Shown here in pieces: positions 56,797 to 64,000 of a DNA stretch of 64,000 bases. Within the stretch, counting starts at the first letter, position 1. Every line of letters begins with the position of its first letter. Made by a program: the position numbers and the translations under genes. The DNA lies in the NCBI GenBank assembly GCA_020536535.1, contig JAHLWZ010000864.1, forward strand, positions 1 through 64,000, read 5' to 3'. The stretch comes from Pelomyxa schiedti. Lineage: Eukaryota > Protista > Evosea. The notes below the pieces were generated by a model. The model was not told the DNA's origin and searched no databases. It saw nothing but the letters and a program-made list of their open reading frames with translations.

Positions 56797-57416
56797 TCAA
56801 TCAAAGGCGGAGTGCAAGTCCATGCACAACACTTCGCGAAGCCCGCCATCTCGACTGAGCACCAGCACAACTTCGTCCTCGTTCAAGAGCCCCACCTTCA
56901 CCACTTGACCAACATTGATCACGACACTGAAATTGTATTTGCAACGAGTAAGGAGACCCACATGAAACACGGTGATGATAGGAGCAAAGTATGCCCCAAA
57001 TTCCTCCCCACATATATGTCGGACTGCCGATGCTCCACGATATCTCCAAATTATCTCACCACGCCCGTCACCAAGTTGACAAACCAGCCATCCCCGAGGC
57101 ATTGATGTGCACTTACCCCAACGCCGCATCCAAGCGGCGTGATTGACACACCAACGAAAGTAAGACAAGTGACGCCATCTCCAAAACCCCAAGGTGGCGT
57201 GCGGTGCGCGGCTTCGATAACGACGCGCCTGCATCGCCAACTTGCCGATCTCGTCGGCAGCTACGGCGACGGGGAGCACCCTGAGGGCGCTGAGCCCGGC
57301 GCACCGTGGGATCGCCGCAGCGCTATCAACGAATCAAGTTGGTCGCGGGCGGGCGAGGTCTTCGCGGAGCAACACGCGTGCGCCGTGATCCGCCTGCCGT
57401 TGTTGTTTGTTATCAT
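56797..57416 (-). pseudogene. Frameshifted GC-rich hypothetical gene, probable member of a lineage-specific family
   Basis: ...PARDQLDSLIALRR joins by a frameshift near 57310 to RCAGLSALRVLPVAVAADEIGK, which stays open to 56797. The family resemblance is from memory only. Confidence 0.35.
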
Positions 57417-57759
57417 ATGTGCCTCCAGTGAAACGAAATAAATTGTGGGTAGGGTGTGTTGCCCCACTATTGGCGAGCTACGATTACTAAAATGACAGCC
57501 TTCCTGTCCGTTGATTTCGTTTGGTTTCGAGGAAATCAACAAATAACCGAAGACAAGGCAGATCTCGCTGCCAGACAGCCGTGGCTAGTAACAAGATCTT
57601 GTGAACGGGCTGTGTTGTAGCATTGCAACGCGTGGGCGTCGCAGTTGAATGTGTGTTCTTTTCCTCCGCACGTGTGAAACTGTTGCAAACGAGCCACTTG
57701 GGTGTTTTTTCTTTGGTTTTTTTCTCGTTGTCAAACCGTTAATGTCTAAGGCATCTCAA

Positions 57760-58560
57760 TTAGAATCACTTCTGGGAACGATGTATGGGATCGTGCCATG
57801 GTACTACTGCCCTGAGGCCAGATTTAGTGTGTCTTGCTTATATTCGCCTTTTTTTTGATATTATTTTTCTTAATGTACTTACAGCAGAGATCAACTCACT
57901 GTTAAGAACCTAGAACTGGTATTCTCTCGTACTGTATTGGGTTCTGTCTAAATTTAGTGTTTAGATTTTCCTTGAAATACCCAACTAAACATTCCTTGCC
58001 CCAGTGAATCTGTGACTATTTTCCATTTCAAGGTGCATTGATTTGAAAACTTTTTTCCCACAACTAAATGTGCCTTAGGCAAAGATTACTACACTAAAAA
58101 ATTGCACCAAATGGGATCAGCTTATTGAAGCACTTGCCTCTCACCTTATTGATAGGTACTCAACTTTTGTTTGGTTTCTTCTTCTCCTCACCTTTGTCTT
58201 AGATATGGTCTTACTGCAATATTACAGTGGTACTTTGAAGTATGCTAGGGCACACAGCACTTCCAGTTTTGTTTTCTCATACATCTAGGAACGAACCAAA
58301 TTGTGGCTTCTGGTTTGGAACACAGGCAAACTACTTTGAGTTGTATCAAAACACTGCTTTGGCACTCACTCACAACAAGTCCGTCAATACTAACCTTCAC
58401 GGTTTCCTTTTATTGTTGCTTTTTCCTGTGTAACTTAAGTGGATGCAATTTAGTTGGAGGTACTGCAACTTGCCAATCTGGTTGGATCACAGAAACAGAT
58501 GAAGACCCCCTCCATCACGCCAACACTCCAGTCCTCCAACTTTTCCATCAAGCTCACCCA
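57760..58560 (+). pseudogene. GH39 beta-xylosidase-like pseudogene
   Basis: HFWERCMGSCHGTTALRPD, VTIFHFKG, KWDQLIEALASHLIDRYG, WYFEV/WNEPNCGFWFGTQANYFELY and VGGTATCQ. The donor before WNEPN reads CT rather than GT, and the sequence after VGG..WITE appears deleted. Confidence 0.8.
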
Positions 58561-61535
58561 TGGGGTGTTGCCTGGGATACTTAGATCATGCAGCTGTCAC
58601 TAAATTCCGCTACACCAACTCCCTTGTGACAACCTGGGAATCCAATGCCTCTTAAAATCACTGACTTACAATCTTCCTTGAAAGCAAATGGCTACTGAGA
58701 ACACACCCAAGTTCATGACTGAAGCATGTATGGACATCAGCCTTGGAATTCTTGATGTTGGGGTGTTTGTACCCTCTGTTTGTACACTGCTCCCACAGTC
58801 TCTCACTCAGATATTTTTCGATACAATTATGGTGAATGCATTGTGCCTTACATTTTTTTGGTGTGAAACACTCCTTATTTCCCTTTTATCTAATTCCGTA
58901 CCTCCAGTTTGTGGCACTCTTGCTTACAGCTTCCTTGTCTTTTTGAAAGAGCCATCTTTTCTACTGTGAGGACAGTAATGATATAGTGATCATATTCTAT
59001 CCCAAAGCAGCTGGCAAGGGCTAGACCAGATTCAAGAAGCCTAGTGTGGGTTGAAACCCAACTGGACAGCCAAATCCCAAGAGACATACCCCCCCTTCCC
59101 CGAAATCCCAACCAAAAGCACCTTGTATGGCACAAATAACTTAACCTGTGACTCCCGGTGGAGTGAGAGAAAGAATGAGGGAAAACCTTACTCAACAACT
59201 ATAACAAGAAGCTCAACCCCAATCCCTCAATTAACAGAAACCAACATTGAAGCAGCTATCATTTCTTGCAAAATCAGTCCTGGTGCCTGATGGGATTTGC
59301 TTTGCAGCATACTGACCCTCTGAAAGCTCAACTATGCCATCCAAATCAGACTGGTTTCTTTGAAGGACGACTCGTCATCAACAACATTATGGCAGAATTA
59401 TCCAACAACTAATACACCCTCAAACACCACAAAGATTTCCAAGGCCTGCCATAACTTAGATCAGAGTATCAATAACACACACATATCTTGGGACAATCAT
59501 AGGGGTGTTCTAGATCACAAACCTCATGCAAAATACAGAAGCATTGCTCCAGAACGTTGAGCAGATGATTAACAAGGCCCAGCTCCAGACATTATACCCA
59601 AGGTCATTGGTCTCCAAAGGAAAATCGTGGCTACCACAATATTGGGACTGAATATTCCAAAATTTTAAGAGACATACCTCCTTCCCTGAATTCCCAACCC
59701 AATATGCAAATGCTGAACCTATTGCCAACAACCTAACTTGCAATAGTGCAGTACTCCAAACCCATAAATTCACCTATTTATCTAATCAAACTAAACTGTT
59801 GGAAGGATGATGTTCCTATTTATCAAGAACTTACAAATGGCTGACCTTAAAGGCAGTTGATTCTTATCCTTGTGGAGGGTATGAAAGATAAATACAATCT
59901 GGTTCATTCTACTGAAGCTCAGAGGAATTTCTACAGAGACCCTGGAATGTTGAAGTGTGTTGCAGGTTGATGTTTGTTGTTCTGTGATGCAAGTAGTGCA
60001 TCTGTGCTCCTTGAGTGCCCATTTACCTTTGGTGCATTTTTTTGATGTATGTGTAATGTCCATTGGAATTAACATGCAATAGCACATTCTGGCTATGAGC
60101 ATCACAGATGTGGTGTGTGTTGTGGGGGTTTAGTTGTTTCCCAGTTCAGAAACTGATGCAGATGTGTCTGTGAACTTGCTTGTCTGACTACCATAAATTC
60201 TGTTAACAGAATACTTGAGTTGCCAAATGACTTGAATTTCTCAGATAGGGTTCTAGTATATCAAACCAGTGATTCACTGTGCACAAAATGCTGTGGCGGC
60301 CAAATAGAGTTTCTGCTGATTACAGTAGGTGTCTGATTACACAAAAATTTCTTCATGTTTGTATGTGATGTGCAGACTTGGCATCATATTTGCTAGAAAC
60401 TCCACACTCAATCTTGTGTGACGTTGAGTGCAAGACACAATTGTTGGGGGCTCTAGGTTCTTCTTTTCGTTGGCTGAGAGTCAAAAAATCTGACTCAGGA
60501 TCAATTTAGGGAATTAGGATTGGGATTCTACTGTGACCACAATGAATAAAGAAGTGTGTTGTATGTTGTTCACAGGGACATGAGAAATAAAGAGAGCTAT
60601 ACTCCTCACAGATACAGCTTCCAAGAAAGGCTTAGAATATGTGGTATGGAAATACAAGTATTTTGGTGTTGACTTTTTGCCTAGTGGAATTTATGAATGG
60701 CTATCTAGTGTTTTGCAGTCTATGCAGGATAGACACAGAACATTTGAGATCAAATAATCAACATACTGGAAGTATTACCAAAGACCGGAAATTCACTTAG
60801 TGGTGACCCTCAACAAAAAAGAACCCGATATTATCTATCTGGATCCACACTGCAAGCAATATGGATCTTGATGTAGCTAGCCCTACAATCAAATTTAATT
60901 TAAATAATTTTTCACTAGACATACAAGGGGATATCGACCCCTCTTGCAATTGGCATTTCGTAAGCAACATATTATCGCGGCCCTGTTCAGGAACCTCTCG
61001 TGCATTTTACTTTGCCCCAGTTCCACGAAATCTGTCCCAACTTCGTATCTTATTGTCATACAGGTGAATCTATTTGCACCAATACCATCAAATTCCCAAC
61101 TGAGAAAGAATTCTGGAACCATTGATCATTTGCACTACATATTAGATCAAGGGATCCTTGCTCCATTAAAGAACACACCATTTCTTTGTAAGAAATATTT
61201 CTGCTGTATCCTGAAGTCTTGACCCTTATCAATTCCGCTAAGTTCGACTTCCATGTGTTGGCTCACTTATGATGGCAAGTGATTGACCCATCTTCAGCCA
61301 GTCTTCTTTCCAATGCATTTCAGTAACCTGGGAATGGCGGGTCAGATCCTGCTGGGGGTTGCCACAGTGTAACACATCGATAGAAAAGAAAAGCTCAACC
61401 GATACAATACAATAAACAAAGGAGCCGCAGCGAAGCAAGGCCAATCAAGACCCTAGTCTGGTATGACTCTCACTCACAGTGTCATGGATTCTCATTTTAT
61501 AATCTCTTCTTATTGCTGGCTCCATCACTACCGTG

Positions 61536-61753
61536 TCAGTCCAGCTTGAAAGGCTTTCTGACTCGTTTTCTGGGGCAGGTTGAATCTGCTGTTGGTTCGT
61601 CCTCATCATACTCTCCCTCATCATCTTCATGTGGTCCCAGGCTTGCACCTGCGGGACACTGGTGCACTCCCAGATGGGGCAAAAACTGCTTCCCTGATTT
61701 GTGAGTTTGGGTGCACAGACAGCTTGGTAAGCCTCTGTACCCACTTCTCATTT
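61536..61753 (-). pseudogene. Diverged, frameshifted copy of the importin-alpha-like 3' exon
   Basis: 61597-61753 aligns by eye to 38100-38271 in the same orientation, with an internal indel that shifts the frame. Confidence 0.85.
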
Positions 61754-61986
61754 ACCGGCATAACAAGATTCCAAGAGGAACAAAGTAATAAAGAATATGA
61801 AGTGGGGTCAGCTCACAGTGACTTGTTGCGGTTTTCGTCTTCGAATCTGCTCTCAATAACTTTTCGACATGCTGCTGGAGAAAAGCGTGTCCTTTTATCA
61901 CCCCTTCCAATTCCTTTCCATTCTTCAAGCAACACTGTTGTTAAAAGAGAGCTTTTTTTTTATTCATTCAACTCTACAATTTATGA

Positions 61987-63858
61987 CTATGATTTTGGAG
62001 TGTGTGCTGGGCAAAACAGCAGACCCAACAGGGGTGCGTGGATGCAAGAGTCAGCCCTCAAATATGTATTGCAAGTCTGGCATTTAGCACAGGACCGGTG
62101 GCATGTGACTGCCAGCTTAGCCATTTCCATCTTATGAACCGGCTTCTTACACACAACACACAATGACCGCGGAATTCCGATGAGAGGTGGTGTGAGGGAA
62201 TTGTTACTGTAATTCAAGTTGATGCTACGGGATGGAGAGTGATCAGGGCAGTAAATGAGGCCCTCTGAGGCCTGCGATACATCAACTCCATGGTTCAGGT
62301 ACATATGGCCCAGCTGTTTATTGCAGGTGGAGCACTTGTAGCATGTCAGGTGCAGTAGAAGGTACCCGGCTTTGCATGTAGTAGCTACAGAAAGTATTGG
62401 CCGGTGGCAAATCGGGCAGGTTCCAACTAGCTTTCGGGTTTTTGAGCCATCAACATATATTCTAGGGTGCAGTTTCACAAGAAGCCCACCGTCTGGAGTG
62501 AGGTGCCAGTGGAGTAGGCAATAAGCACCTTCGTAGATGCTTGTGGTAGGTCCCTGATAGGAACCGACCCTTGCTGCCTTAGCAGGGAACAGCTTTGTGA
62601 GCTCGCGTGTCAGTCTCTCAACGAGGCCGGTTATTTGTGCTGTGCCTCCTACTAAAATAATATTGCGCATGAACCACCACCACGATCCACCAAGGCGGTT
62701 AAATACATCAGTCAGAAGCTCATGCAGGCCCAGGCCAGTGCGGCCGGCAAGAGCGGGCTTGAACAACACCTCAGCACTCTTAAACTTCATCTCCTTGGTG
62801 ATAGTGACCGTTTTTCCAGAGGGGAGATGTAGTGTACAGTTCTCACTGTTGGCAGTGTTATTCAACTCGTTTTCTGGGTCCTGGGCAATATAACAGAGCC
62901 TGTTCTTGGCCTCGTTTATTGTCTCATAGTCAGCTGACCAAGCCGTATCATCATTTGGAAGACCCAAAAGGTGCATCAGTTGAAGGGTGATGTGCCTTCC
63001 TCCAATTGTGTTCTCCAGACAAACTCCCCTTGGAACTGCGTGATATAAACTGTCAGTACCATCGTCTTCCTCCATTCTAAGAGGTTCTGCATGACAGCTG
63101 CTCTCACCAATCCTAACAAAAAGCCGCCAAACTCTTTGACATGCACCCTCATAAAGCCAATGTAGATACAGTGGTGATTGAACAACAGACAGTGAATGTG
63201 CCCCTAAGTAATCAATGAAAATTTCTGATAGCCCAGCCCGGAAATCCGGGTTGACTTGAACAGGTTCCACCACAAGGACCTTGTATTGTATTATTCCACT
63301 TCATATCTTTATGGATTCCAAACCTCACATCCATGTGGATCAACTTCCATCCTAGAAAAAGCCTCCTCCAGAATAATTCTCAAATGCTGCCAATTTGGAA
63401 TGTTTCCACCTATACCAATTACATTCTTGGTCTCCAAAATATCATCACGATGTGACGACGTGTAACTCGTAGAGGGCTCCACAGGGGTGTTTGTTTCTCC
63501 CATAATTTGAACCTGTGGCACCCACATCCGATCCAAACGCAGCAGACTCGCAATGTTCTCCAGCGCAAGAGCAGGCAACTGTCTCACCAAACTTGAGGCA
63601 CCAGCTCTCACGTGAGTTCCGCACAAGAAACTCATAAACGGTTGCCTCCAGATTCGACACAATCGCGTTGAAATAACAAAAACTAGTGTTACCCATAAGT
63701 ACCAAAGAGACCAACGAACAGTCAAACTAGAAAAAAAAAACAACGCAGGTACCCTTCTTCTCCTCTGCCTCTTCGTCGTAAATCCCACATCTTATGTTAC
63801 GTGCTCCTATGTGAAACACCACATTCTGTGGTCGTTTTTCCCCGGCGTCCGTAGTCAT
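61987..63858 (-). CDS. Divergent actin-fold protein with two C-terminal LIM domains
   Basis: ATG at 63858 (NVVFHIGARNIRCG), GGNIPNWQHLRIILEEAF, IGGRHITLQLMHLL, INEAKNRLCYIA, SAEVLFKP and NIILVGGTAQITGLVERLTREL, followed by two CxxC-x16/18-HxxCxxCxxC-x24/19-CxxH LIM motifs in the same open frame. Two introns near the 5' end. Confidence 0.88.
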
Positions 63859-64000
63859 TTCACAGGGCTTTTTTTTTTTTCGTGGTCACCAAACGACTTT
63901 TGTTTCATATCGGGATAAAAATCGAAGCTTCTTTCCCGGAAATGGAAATTCTGTTTAAGTTAACGATGAGTACAAGGGCAAAGGCTTGTGTGTTGCCAAT

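Noticed and set aside
60610-60760. YKYFGVDFLPSGIYEWL, faintly like a ROCO COR-domain segment
   Set aside because: Too short and flanked by stops; not supportable without a profile search.

Overview
Gene-dense eukaryotic (protist-type) DNA with short spliceosomal introns (mostly 30-110 nt) and three 100-N scaffold gaps. The compact introns, poly-T-rich first introns and one frameshifted ORF recall the archamoeba Pelomyxa, but that is recollection, not a verified assignment. From left to right: a decayed, 5'-truncated Ty3/gypsy retrotransposon with no detectable LTR (minus strand, ~666-4700) bracketed by two unrelated long hairpins; then a GRAM/coiled-coil gene, RUS1/RUSF1, a RING-HC protein, RECQL4, a retropepsin-like + MYND gene, a KCTD-type BTB gene, NOG2, DHX34, proteasome beta1, a VPS9 GEF, PP5, a GH31 glucosidase, an importin-alpha lacking its IBB domain, and a G-protein alpha subunit. 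A ~12 kb stretch (~50-61.8 kb) holds broken gene fragments (XDH C-terminus, GH13, GH39, an importin-alpha exon copy). The window ends with a divergent actin-fold protein fused to two LIM domains. No tRNA, rRNA or CRISPR array was seen. All family calls come from manual motif recognition; no searches were run. Exon boundaries were read by eye and are approximate unless stated.
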